In this document: piece after piece, positions 20,299-28,958 of the stretch
Position numbering within the stretch: position 1 is the stretch's first letter
How the letters are laid out: each line of letters starts with the position of its first letter
Assembly (NCBI RefSeq): GCF_000011465.1
Contig: NC_005072.1
Coordinates: forward strand, 780,001-812,000
Length of the DNA stretch: 32,000 bases
Direction: 5' to 3'
Origin: Prochlorococcus marinus subsp. pastoris str. CCMP1986
Lineage (GTDB): Bacteria; Cyanobacteriota; Cyanobacteriia; PCC-6307; Cyanobiaceae
Notes under the pieces: model-generated
Told to the model about the DNA's origin: nothing
Databases searched by the model: none
What the model saw: only the letters and a program-made list of their open reading frames with translations
Program-made: the position numbers and the translations under genes

Positions 20299-21647
20299 TC
20301 GTCACCGGTTATAGATAATTCATTAATCCATACATGTGGAGAAATTCCACTTGTAGTTAATTCTTTTTCATTTTCAATATTTATTATATTTTTTAGAAGA
20401 TACTTTATATCTCCTGCTACAGTTGCTGATTCAATTGAACGTTTTTCCCCATTTCTATAAAGCCATCCTTCAAAAGGAAGAGAGAAGGAACCTTGACTAG
20501 CTTTAACTCCTGCATGAATTGCGTTTAATTCTTCAATATATACAAAATCTCCTTGATAATTTGTGTGTACCAAAAACTTGTTTAAGTTCGAACATTCATT
20601 AGATTTTTCAATTACTAACCAATCTGGAGAAACTGATACTTTTGAACCAAGTCCAGCATGCCCTGTGGGTATGGTATTAAAAATTTTTGCAGTTGATTCC
20701 GAATGAAGAAAGTTTTCTAATTTACCTTTATTAATTAACATCAGTTTTTTTGTTGGAGTCCCTTCACCATCGAATGGTGCAGAAGATATATTTTTATCAT
20801 TAAGCCCATCATCATAGATATTCAAAGCTGGAATTGAAATCAATTCACCAATCGAGTTTTTATCTGAAAGACTTACACCGTCAATAATACTTCTAGCATT
20901 GAAGATAGAACTAAATGCATTCATTAACGTTAGAAATGCTTCAGGTGATAGACAGATTAAATACTTATCTGTTTTTATTGATGAGTAATCTAAATGTGCA
21001 ATTGTTTTCTTTGCTGCTTCTTTGATACAGGATTCAATATCAATGTCTTCAACACCGTATCCTAGTTTCACTGAACCTGAACTACGAGGTTTTTTATCTT
21101 GTTCTTCTGCTCTCGCATATAAATATATAGCAGCTTGACTTTTACTATAATTTCGAAATGCTCCATCACTATTGGCATAAATTCTTTCATAAAAACTTTC
21201 TGACAATCCGTTGTAAGGAATAGATTTAATAGCCTCATGACTATCGATTAGCTTCGATTCAGCCTCTCTGAGAATTTTAAGCAGCTTTTTTATTCCTAAC
21301 GGATTTTTTTTATCAACTTCTTTTACATGTATAGGATCTTTGGCTAAGGGAGAAAAATCAGTAAATTCATTTTTGTTCCCAAATTCTGAAGCAATATTTG
21401 CTTGTCTTAAAGCTTTTTTAATACCTGTTTCACTTAGATCACTTGTGGTAGTGATACCAACTAAGTTGTCTTTATTCCAAACTCTTAAAGTTATGACCTG
21501 TTTTTGAGATGCTTTTAACTGTTTCGCTGCTCCTCTATCAACTTGAACAGAATAATCATTAGAAAAACTAGCACCGTAATCCCATTTATCAATGTTTAAT
21601 AAATTTGCAGCCTTTGATATTTGAGTTGTTATTTCTGTAGGATTCAC
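20295..21647 (-). CDS. pmbA: Metalloprotease PmbA/TldE (TldD partner)
   Basis: 450-aa PmbA/TldD-fold protein without an HExxxH motif, immediately downstream (2-nt gap) of tldD. Confidence 0.88.
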   Translation of the reverse strand: MNPTEITTQISKAANLLNIDKWDYGASFSNDYSVQVDRGAAKQLKASQKQVITLRVWNKDNLVGITTTSDLSETGIKKALRQANIASEFGNKNEFTDFSPLAKDPIHVKEVDKKNPLGIKKLLKILREAESKLIDSHEAIKSIPYNGLSESFYERIYANSDGAFRNYSKSQAAIYLYARAEEQDKKPRSSGSVKLGYGVEDIDIESCIKEAAKKTIAHLDYSSIKTDKYLICLSPEAFLTLMNAFSSIFNARSIIDGVSLSDKNSIGELISIPALNIYDDGLNDKNISSAPFDGEGTPTKKLMLINKGKLENFLHSESTAKIFNTIPTGHAGLGSKVSVSPDWLVIEKSNECSNLNKFLVHTNYQGDFVYIEELNAIHAGVKASQGSFSLPFEGWLYRNGEKRSIESATVAGDIKYLLKNIINIENEKELTTSGISPHVWINELSITGDE

Positions 21648-21649
21648 TT

Positions 21650-23074
21650 TTATCTCCCACCTACTGTTATGGAATCGACTTTAATATGTGGCTGACCTAC
21701 TGTTACATTAACGCTTCCGCTGACTGAACCACAAAAACCAGGAGCTAACTCTAAATCATTTCCACACATAGATATTTTTGGCATTACTTCTTTCGCGTCA
21801 CCTATTAATGTTGCTCCTTTTACTGGTTTAGTTAGTTTACCGTTCTTTATTAAATAACCTTCCTCAACAGCGAAATTAAATTGGCCTGTCGCTCCTACAC
21901 TTCCACCACCCATTGACTTACAGTAAAGACCATCGCTAATACTATTTATTAATTCTTCTTTAGTGAATTCACCTTTAGCTATATAAGTGTTTCTCATTCT
22001 TGATGCAGCAGCGAATGAATAATTTTGCCTTCTACCACTACCAGTTCTTTTGTGACCAGTCCTTAATTCACCAGCCCTGTCAGAAAGAAATTTCTTTAAT
22101 ATACCATCTTTAATAAGTATTGATTTTTCTGGTTCCATTCCTTCATCATCAATTGATAATGATCCGTAAGACCCTTCAGAAATGCCCTCATCTATTGCCG
22201 TCACAGATTCGTGAGCTATTTTTTCATTCAACTTATCACTAAATGGAGTTGTTCCACGTTCAATCTGAGTTGTTTCAAGTAAGTGCCCACAAGCCTCATG
22301 AAATATAACACCACCGAATTTATTAGCTAATACAACTGGCATTTGTCCAGCCTGAACATAATCTGCATACAACATATTCATTGAACTTTCATAAACTTCA
22401 TTTGAAGCTTTTTCATGATCCCATAATCTAAATTCATTAGGGATTCCATGCGATCCAAATCTTCTACTACCGTTCGATCTATATTGAGCGTCATTAGCAA
22501 TTATGTTAAGTCCTACCGTTTGATGCAGTCTTATATCAGTAGCGTAAGTTCCATCACTTGAAGCTATTATTACTTCCTGCCAATTTCTTGCATAACTACC
22601 TTTTCTAACAACTACTTTCTTATCCTTTTTTAATGATTTAGTGCTAAGTAATAATTTTTCGCTTACTTCATTTATTGTTGGCACTTCATTCAGATAATTA
22701 ATTTTTGATTTACTATAGTCTTTTAGTTTTTCAAGTCCATTAAAAATTAATTTATTAGTTTTTTTAGAGATATCTAACATTTCGATTGCTTGAGAAATAG
22801 ATCTCATTAATCCATGTTTCGACAAGTCATTAGTACTCACAAACCCATCTCTCTTGTCTTTAAATATTCTTATTCCAGCTCCTCTGCTGAATGATGGACT
22901 AACATTTGTAATAAAATCTTCTTCTGCGAGAACACTTGAATTATCAGAGTTTTCAATAAATAATTCTACAAAATCAGCACCTAGAGATATGCCATAGAAA
23001 ATGACTTCTTCAAGAAGTTTTTTATTACATTCACCAAATCTAATTTCGGAAGATTTAATACTCGCAGATACCAT
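21650..23074 (-). CDS. tldD: Metalloprotease TldD
   Basis: 474 aa with the family zinc motif FHEACGHLLE (HExxxH) and a conserved C-terminal GxC...G region. Confidence 0.9.
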   Translation of the reverse strand: MVSASIKSSEIRFGECNKKLLEEVIFYGISLGADFVELFIENSDNSSVLAEEDFITNVSPSFSRGAGIRIFKDKRDGFVSTNDLSKHGLMRSISQAIEMLDISKKTNKLIFNGLEKLKDYSKSKINYLNEVPTINEVSEKLLLSTKSLKKDKKVVVRKGSYARNWQEVIIASSDGTYATDIRLHQTVGLNIIANDAQYRSNGSRRFGSHGIPNEFRLWDHEKASNEVYESSMNMLYADYVQAGQMPVVLANKFGGVIFHEACGHLLETTQIERGTTPFSDKLNEKIAHESVTAIDEGISEGSYGSLSIDDEGMEPEKSILIKDGILKKFLSDRAGELRTGHKRTGSGRRQNYSFAAASRMRNTYIAKGEFTKEELINSISDGLYCKSMGGGSVGATGQFNFAVEEGYLIKNGKLTKPVKGATLIGDAKEVMPKISMCGNDLELAPGFCGSVSGSVNVTVGQPHIKVDSITVGGR

Positions 23075-23111
23075 TTGAATCTTATAACTTTAGCTCTTTG
23101 TTAAGATCAGA

Positions 23112-24284
23112 TTATCTAATTGATGGTTGAAAATCATCACTTTCAAGAGGTTTTAATAAGTATAGTCTTATCAGTTGATAACCGTTTGAAATAAAGATGG
23201 GTAATTTAGATAATACTTTAATTACATTTGGATTTTCTTTCTTATCTATCTCTGATAAGCGAGTACCATTCTCAACTATTCTGTCTAATCTTTTGTAAAA
23301 AGATTTATCATATACATTTAAAACAACAGGAAATACTTTGGCGGAAGTTTCATTTGTTTTGTTAATGACAAATTGGTCATACTCTCTAGCGTTTAAACCT
23401 AGTGCTCCATAAAAATTTCTCTTGGTCCCAAGATCTCTTATGTACATAGTTGCAAAAACAGCTAGTAGAAAAAACCTAGACCATAATTTAGAAACTATAG
23501 GATGATTATTTAAAAAATATCTAAATCTATGGTAATAATCAAAAATTGGATGTTTCAGGGTATAACCAAAGATCTCAATTTTCTGGCTTAAACTTTTAAC
23601 CGTTCGAGGTTGTGCTTTCATTAATGCATCAAAGAAATCACCATGCCTATTTTCATCTTGACACCAATTTTCAAAGAAATTAAATAATGGAAAAATTTTA
23701 CCACTAGGATTTTTTTCAAGGTGCCTATAAATTGCTATATATCTCCAATATCCAATTTTTTCAGATATATAAGTAGCATAAAAAATTGCTCTTGGAGCAA
23801 AATAAGTATAATCCTTGTTGGCTGTTAGAAATCCTAAATCTAACTGTAATCCGAAGTCATTCATTGACTTATTCAAAAATCCCGCATGCCTTGCTTCATC
23901 CCTCGCCATATGAGCAAAACATTCAGCAAGAAGTGGATTTTTGTCTTTTATCCTTTTACTTAATTCTTTGTATAAGAGAAAGCCTGAAAATTCTGAAGTA
24001 CAACTTCCTTCCAGAAAATCTACAAAAAGTTCCCTGGTTTCAGCATCTATTTTATCTGCCGCCCCCTCAAATTCTTTATTTCGTACAAAGTGATGCCTAT
24101 TATAATCTTTTCTAAATTCTTCACATATTGCCTCCAATTCATCTTCATTAATTGATAAATCCATTTTTTCCATAGCTTCAAAATCAGTCGTGTAAAAATT
24201 TGGAGTTAATATCGTATCTTTTGCAATATCCTTCCCTCTATTAACAGATTTTTTATTATTTGATTCAATAGTTTGTTGTGCCAT
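23112..24284 (-). CDS. acsF: Mg-protoporphyrin IX monomethyl ester oxidative (aerobic) cyclase
   Basis: [16 protein letters not shown]-terminal signature and two di-iron ExRH motifs ([16 protein letters not shown]). Length is 390 aa. Confidence 0.93.
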   Translation of the reverse strand: MAQQTIESNNKKSVNRGKDIAKDTILTPNFYTTDFEAMEKMDLSINEDELEAICEEFRKDYNRHHFVRNKEFEGAADKIDAETRELFVDFLEGSCTSEFSGFLLYKELSKRIKDKNPLLAECFAHMARDEARHAGFLNKSMNDFGLQLDLGFLTANKDYTYFAPRAIFYATYISEKIGYWRYIAIYRHLEKNPSGKIFPLFNFFENWCQDENRHGDFFDALMKAQPRTVKSLSQKIEIFGYTLKHPIFDYYHRFRYFLNNHPIVSKLWSRFFLLAVFATMYIRDLGTKRNFYGALGLNAREYDQFVINKTNETSAKVFPVVLNVYDKSFYKRLDRIVENGTRLSEIDKKENPNVIKVLSKLPIFISNGYQLIRLYLLKPLESDDFQPSIR

Positions 24285-24367
24285 TTTCTCTATTTCACTT
24301 CTACTATTATTTACTATTTATTGTATTTTTGAGTAAAAAGTTAACTAGGTGTTATTCTTTCATTTTT

Positions 24368-24919
24368 TTAATTAATACCAATTAATTTTTGTCCATTTAA
24401 TCTTTGCAGAATTCTAGAGATAATTAATTTAAGGGTTATTCTTTTTTCATCTATTAAAAACGATTCAATTACACTTGGTTTCTGATCAGATTTGCATAAT
24501 GAAATACTTTTTAACGAGCTTATATCGTCTTTTTCAAATGATAACCAAAAGTTGCAAATGTCTTTTATTTCGCAAAAAATAACCCAGCATTTATCGCCAG
24601 CAATTGGTCTTGATGTGTTTTTTAAATTTATATCTGCAACTTCTAATCCTCTTACTTTAAATTCCTGAATTATGGAAGGTAATAAATGATCATTAATAAA
24701 TTCATTAAAAGGTTTTTTTTCAATTGGAAGTTCCTTTTTTGGTTTTATTTTTAACGGTATTGAATTTTCGCCCCCAACTTTTTGTTTATTAGAATCTTGT
24801 GAATTTGCATTAATTAATGTAGATGTTTCTTTTGGACTATCAATATCAATAATATCCTTTTTTAAAGGATCATCTTCCCTTTTAATACTTTCTTCTATCG
24901 ATTCTACATTTTCTTCCAT
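24368..24919 (-). CDS. Conserved cyanobacterial protein, DUF2996-like (183 aa)
   Basis: Acidic and lysine-rich N-terminus, then KPFNEFINDHLLPSIIQEFKVRGL ... CWVIFCE ... ILQRLNGQKLIGIN. This resembles my recollection of DUF2996 (C-terminal QRLNaQKWL). Unverified. Confidence 0.6.
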   Translation of the reverse strand: MEENVESIEESIKREDDPLKKDIIDIDSPKETSTLINANSQDSNKQKVGGENSIPLKIKPKKELPIEKKPFNEFINDHLLPSIIQEFKVRGLEVADINLKNTSRPIAGDKCWVIFCEIKDICNFWLSFEKDDISSLKSISLCKSDQKPSVIESFLIDEKRITLKLIISRILQRLNGQKLIGIN

Positions 24920-24995
24920 ATCAACAATTTAATATTATGTTAATTATAAATATAATCTAACCTGTTTTTATCAATATTTAAATTTAACCATATTT

Positions 24996-25451
24996 TTACC
25001 ACTCAGATTCATTATTGTTCCAATCATCATCATATTGTGAATTATTAATTTTCTGGTTTCTATCTTTTAATTCATTCTCACCATTATTTTTAATAACACG
25101 ATAATTAACAGAAATTGTGGGTTGAGGCTCTCGTAAATCTCTCTCAGGAGCAACCTCTAATAGTTCATCATCTTCTCTTTTTTCTGAATAATCATTATCA
25201 TCGGTTCTTTTATCATAACTTTCAGATATAGTTTTAGTTCTAATGTTATCGCTTAGTGTTGTGTTTAATATAGAACTCATAAATAAACCTGAAATAAAGG
25301 AAATAAATATTAATCTACCTATTGTTACTTCTTGAATATTCCAAATGAAATATCTAAACGAAGTTTTTTGTCTGTTATTTATTAATAATAAAATTTGAAT
25401 ACTAACAATTAAAAAAATAATTAATATTAAACTCTTTTTTTTATTATTCAT
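24996..25451 (-). CDS. Membrane protein with a LapA/DUF1049-like two-TM N-terminus and an acidic tail (151 aa)
   Basis: Two hydrophobic helices (LILIIFLIVSIQILLLI, GRLIFISFISGLFMSSIL) are followed by a D/E/N-rich low-complexity C-terminus. Confidence 0.55.
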   Translation of the reverse strand: MNNKKKSLILIIFLIVSIQILLLINNRQKTSFRYFIWNIQEVTIGRLIFISFISGLFMSSILNTTLSDNIRTKTISESYDKRTDDNDYSEKREDDELLEVAPERDLREPQPTISVNYRVIKNNGENELKDRNQKINNSQYDDDWNNNESEW

Positions 25452-25513
25452 TTTTAAAGTAAGTTATCTTTGATATCTGAATAGAAATTTGATAACTAAT
25501 AGATTTTCGATCA

Positions 25514-27733
25514 CTAAACTATTTCAAGGTCAATTTGATATTTTAGAATATCTACTTTAATAATTTTGATATCTATTACATCACCTATCTTGTATGAGTT
25601 TTTGGACTTTCTTCCAATTAATAGATTTTGCCTAGATCTATATTCGTACCAATCATTACTAAGAGTACTTACATGTACTAAACCTTCAACATATAATTCT
25701 GGAATCTCTACAAAAAATCCATAACTTTGAACTGCCATTATTAAACCACTATATTTATTTCCTATAAACTTTTCGGCTTTTCTTACTTTTTTTATAGTTA
25801 TCATATTAGATTTAAACTGTCTAACTTTATTCTTATACTCATTAATTTTATCGATCATTACACTATTAAATAATAAATCTAATGATTTTAATGTTGATGA
25901 ATTATACAAACGCCAAGTAACATTTTCCCAAGATTCTTTTTCCATAATATTTATCAAATTACCACCACTACTTTTATTTCTTTTCCCATTAATTATCATA
26001 TTATAAATATTATATTGATTCATTAAATTAGTAAAATCAAATGAGGGTAATGTCCAAGGTGAAATAATATTTTTAGAATCATCTATAGTATTATCATTAG
26101 AAATTAATGTTACTTCATTATCCCTAACAACATTAAATAATATTTTATGCAAGATTCTTTTTTTATTATCATCAGTGCATAACTCAACTAATTTCTTAAA
26201 TGATAGAGTGCCATTATCATTAAGTTCTATATTACTATCAATTAATTCTGAATTTTTTATAATTTCAGTGACATTTATATAATCTAATTCTTGAGAAATA
26301 TATGATGCATTATTCAATCCATAATTATTTGAATGATTGAACCATATTGAATTCGCCTCGTACAACAAAGGTGAAAGATATGTTTGGATGTCATTATTAT
26401 TTAATGGTTCAAAATATTCCTTTGAGAACTCAGCTGGGTTGTGAACTAATATTTCTTTTAATGATTCAATATTATTATTCGACTTCGGTAATTCAATTTT
26501 CCCATCCAATAATTGATTCTTTCTAAATTCATTTGAGATTTCTATTATTTTATCTAAATCTTCTATGTAGTCTTTAATTGGTTTAAGTATTCTTGAGGTG
26601 ATTCGAGCTTTACTTTTTCTAGTTAGAAGAGCATCTATATGTTGATTTTCCACTAACAGTGAACATTTTACTTTTGTTAAGTGGAACGACCAATTAATTA
26701 TTTCATTCTCACTATTCATTTCTATACACAAACTAATAGCATCATTAATTTCGTTTATATTAAATTTTGCAGCATTACATATTTCATCACTAAGATAGTT
26801 TTGCCATTTTTCTAGTAAGGGAAATGACTCAAATCTATCAAAAAATATTTGTAAGGATTTTTTATTAATTAGATCTAATCTTTCTGCAATTGTATTGGTA
26901 TGTATCCAAAGTTTATAGGAATTGTTTTTAATTTTATCTATTTGAAAAATTGGCAGTATTGGCGAATTTTCAGTTTCCCAACTTTTGAACATATAAGAAT
27001 TTTTACTTGATAGATCTAGTCTTTGCTGTTGATTGCTAACAGTAAGCTTTGGATTTTGAACGTTAGCAATTCTATGAATATTGCTTTTGGATAATACGAA
27101 ATCTGTATCAAGCTTTTCGTTGTTATTTAATGTTAATTCCTTTATGACATGACCATTACCTTCTTGTTGGGCAATTGGAAATAAATCAATTTCAATTTTT
27201 ACTATATTTTTATTAATAGGATTATATTTATATTTTTCATCTTTTTTGGGAAGCTTGATTTTAGCTAAAATTCTGTCATCAATAGGTATTCCATAAACTT
27301 CGTCTTTAATTATTTCGACTTTTGCTAATAGTATTTGATTAGTTCTTTCAAGTATGCAATCAACAACCCCTTCAGGTGATCTTCTTCTTACACCATCTTT
27401 GATTATTCTTACTAAAACTTTATCTCCATTCCATGCATAGTTTAGTAAATTTTCTTTTATATAAATATCTTCATTGTTATTTTCTCTAACTGCAAAGCAA
27501 TAACCCTTGCTACTGCATCTAATTTTAGCAACTAAGTGATTACTCTCTTTGACGTTGAAATATTCATTATCTTTGTTTTTATTTATTATTTCAAGTTCTT
27601 CTAATGCTCGCAATGCTATATCTAATTTGGCCTTGTCAGTTTTTTTTGATAAATTTAATAATCTGCATAATTTCTTATATTCCAAACCTTCTTCCTGGTT
27701 TAAATTTTCAATTATTGAAGAAGTTGAAAACAT
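25514..27733 (-). CDS. RNase II/R-family (RNB-fold) protein with a C-terminal S1 domain; catalytic motifs appear degenerate (Zam-like)
   Basis: N-terminal OB/CSD-like region (GYCFAV...NGDKVLVRI...RRRSPEGVV). The central region is collinear with the RNB domain (KLWIHTNTIAERLDL... PLLEKW..YLSDEICN...). The C-terminal S1 domain is clear (YSGLIMAVQSYGFFVEIPELYVEGLVHVSTLSNDWYEY...IGDVIDIKIIKVD). Confidence 0.75.
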   Translation of the reverse strand: MFSTSSIIENLNQEEGLEYKKLCRLLNLSKKTDKAKLDIALRALEELEIINKNKDNEYFNVKESNHLVAKIRCSSKGYCFAVRENNNEDIYIKENLLNYAWNGDKVLVRIIKDGVRRRSPEGVVDCILERTNQILLAKVEIIKDEVYGIPIDDRILAKIKLPKKDEKYKYNPINKNIVKIEIDLFPIAQQEGNGHVIKELTLNNNEKLDTDFVLSKSNIHRIANVQNPKLTVSNQQQRLDLSSKNSYMFKSWETENSPILPIFQIDKIKNNSYKLWIHTNTIAERLDLINKKSLQIFFDRFESFPLLEKWQNYLSDEICNAAKFNINEINDAISLCIEMNSENEIINWSFHLTKVKCSLLVENQHIDALLTRKSKARITSRILKPIKDYIEDLDKIIEISNEFRKNQLLDGKIELPKSNNNIESLKEILVHNPAEFSKEYFEPLNNNDIQTYLSPLLYEANSIWFNHSNNYGLNNASYISQELDYINVTEIIKNSELIDSNIELNDNGTLSFKKLVELCTDDNKKRILHKILFNVVRDNEVTLISNDNTIDDSKNIISPWTLPSFDFTNLMNQYNIYNMIINGKRNKSSGGNLINIMEKESWENVTWRLYNSSTLKSLDLLFNSVMIDKINEYKNKVRQFKSNMITIKKVRKAEKFIGNKYSGLIMAVQSYGFFVEIPELYVEGLVHVSTLSNDWYEYRSRQNLLIGRKSKNSYKIGDVIDIKIIKVDILKYQIDLEIV

Positions 27734-27806
27734 AATATCTTTTAATTAGCTGATAACATATATTCATATTATATCTTGCTTTTTAATCAAAAAACGATTT
27801 AATATT

Positions 27807-28106
27807 TCATTGATTATTATCATTTTCTTTTGATGTAAATGAATTTACGAATAGTCTAATACCAATAATAAAAAAGGTTATAGATGCTATCGATTTTAAA
27901 ATGATTTCTGGTAAAAAATTTGATATTGATCCGCCTGCTAGCGCTCCTACTAAACTTGCTAAAACTAGAGCTGATGAGGAACCTAAAAATACCGCTAGAG
28001 GTTTATTGGATGTCCCACTCATCGTTAACGTAGCTAATTGCGTTTTGTCACCTAGTTCGGCAATAAATATTGTTATGAATGTTGATAGTAGTAAACTTAA
28101 AATCAT
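27807..28106 (-). CDS. UPF0016 (GDT1/TMEM165/Mnx-type) half-size cation transporter subunit (99 aa)
   Basis: Signature E-x-G-D-K-T in TM1 (IAELGDKTQLATL). Three TM segments. The start lies 1 nt after the upstream paralog's stop. Confidence 0.8.
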   Translation of the reverse strand: MILSLLLSTFITIFIAELGDKTQLATLTMSGTSNKPLAVFLGSSSALVLASLVGALAGGSISNFLPEIILKSIASITFFIIGIRLFVNSFTSKENDNNQ

Positions 28107-28107
28107 T

Positions 28108-28434
28108 TTAAAATACGGGTTTTAAAATGTCATAAGCTAAAAATATACTTATGATCATCATTAATAAACCTGTAAAAAACGCAAATTTGTTTGGAGATAT
28201 TTTATTTGACAACCATTTTCCAATTAATACACCTACTAGGCTAGAACTTATTAAAGCTATTGAACTTCCGATAAAAACAATAATTGGTTTTCCAGACTCT
28301 GCAGATAACATTAGAGTCGCTATTTGAGTTTTATCTCCCAATTCAGCGATAAAAATAGTAGTAAAAGTTGTTATAAAAATAGATGAAAAATTCTTTTCAA
28401 CATTTTTGCCTTCTTTTTCTAGGTTAATATTCAT
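28108..28434 (-). CDS. UPF0016 (GDT1/TMEM165/Mnx-type) half-size cation transporter subunit (108 aa)
   Basis: Signature IAELGDKTQIATL. Three TM segments. The ATG overlaps the stop of the upstream CxxCxxCC gene (ATGA). Confidence 0.8.
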   Translation of the reverse strand: MNINLEKEGKNVEKNFSSIFITTFTTIFIAELGDKTQIATLMLSAESGKPIIVFIGSSIALISSSLVGVLIGKWLSNKISPNKFAFFTGLLMMIISIFLAYDILKPVF

Positions 28435-28778
28435 TTTCTTGAAATAGCAGATTTAAAGTCCTTCATTTGTTCACTTTTGCTTCCATAAATAGAAGATATA
28501 TGTTGTGTACAACAATCAATTAGGAATTTATCACCATTTATTAAATACTTTTTGAATGCTGAAGAAAATTCATTTACACGGCAGAAATGTGGTCTTGATT
28601 CATAAATCATGCATTTTCTGCTTGATCTATCAAGATATTTACACCATCCGTCTTTGCTTTTCATGGAATTTATTAATGCTATATCTTTGTTACTAAGTAC
28701 ACCTGATAAGTTATCTCTATCATTTAAATCTAAATGGCAACAAGCTCCACAATTTTCTATACAACTCCATGACTTCAT
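28431..28778 (-). CDS. YkgJ-family zinc/iron-chelating CxxCxxCC protein (115 aa)
   Basis: N-terminal CIENCGACCH (CxxCxxCC) plus downstream Cys residues (WCKYLD, RKCMIYESRPHFCR), typical of the UPF0153/YkgJ family. Confidence 0.7.
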   Translation of the reverse strand: MKSWSCIENCGACCHLDLNDRDNLSGVLSNKDIALINSMKSKDGWCKYLDRSSRKCMIYESRPHFCRVNEFSSAFKKYLINGDKFLIDCCTQHISSIYGSKSEQMKDFKSAISRK

Positions 28779-28811
28779 AATTTAATTCAATCTTGTAACG
28801 TATTGGTACAG

Positions 28812-28839
28812 TTGAAAGGTTTATTTGTAAAAATAGTAT
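28812..28839 (+). promoter_or_regulatory. Candidate sigma70-type promoter for the micro-ORF and cbbY-like unit
   Basis: TTGAAA (28812-28817), 16-nt spacer, TAGTAT (28834-28839), about 20 nt upstream of ATG 28860. AT-rich background makes chance matches likely. Confidence 0.3.
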
Positions 28840-28859
28840 CACATCATATAATTATTCAC

Positions 28860-28937
28860 ATGGCAACCCTTATTCCTTTAGCCGTAGTTGCGTTAGCTGG
28901 ACCTGCAATAATTGCGCTTGTTTTTTTTCGCAAATAA
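28860..28937 (+). CDS. Candidate 25-aa hydrophobic peptide (distant Ycf12/Psb30-like LAGPxxI core; identity uncertain)
   Basis: ATG 28860 to TAA 28935-28937 gives MATLIPLAVVALAGPAIIALVFFRK. A single TM helix ends in basic residues. It lies in a conspicuously G+C-richer patch (GCC, GCG, GGA, CCT codons) within AT-rich intergenic DNA. Confidence 0.4.
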   Translation: MATLIPLAVVALAGPAIIALVFFRK

Positions 28938-28958
28938 AAATATATTCTTTAACTCTTA

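Noticed and set aside
10553-27749. Other short antisense ORFs in the track (10553..10747, 12019..12276, 15214..15399, 18646..18873, 19658..19936, 23786..24115, 27549..27749, 27901..28125)
   Set aside because: Each is nested antisense within a longer gene that has clear family motifs. None has motifs or independent start or terminator context.
28794-28810. An NtcA-like palindrome, TGTAACGTATTGGTACA, upstream of the micro-ORF and cbbY-like unit
   Set aside because: The spacing is GTA-N9-TAC, not the canonical GTA-N8-TAC, and its position relative to the candidate -10 is not the usual -41.5. It is most likely a chance match.
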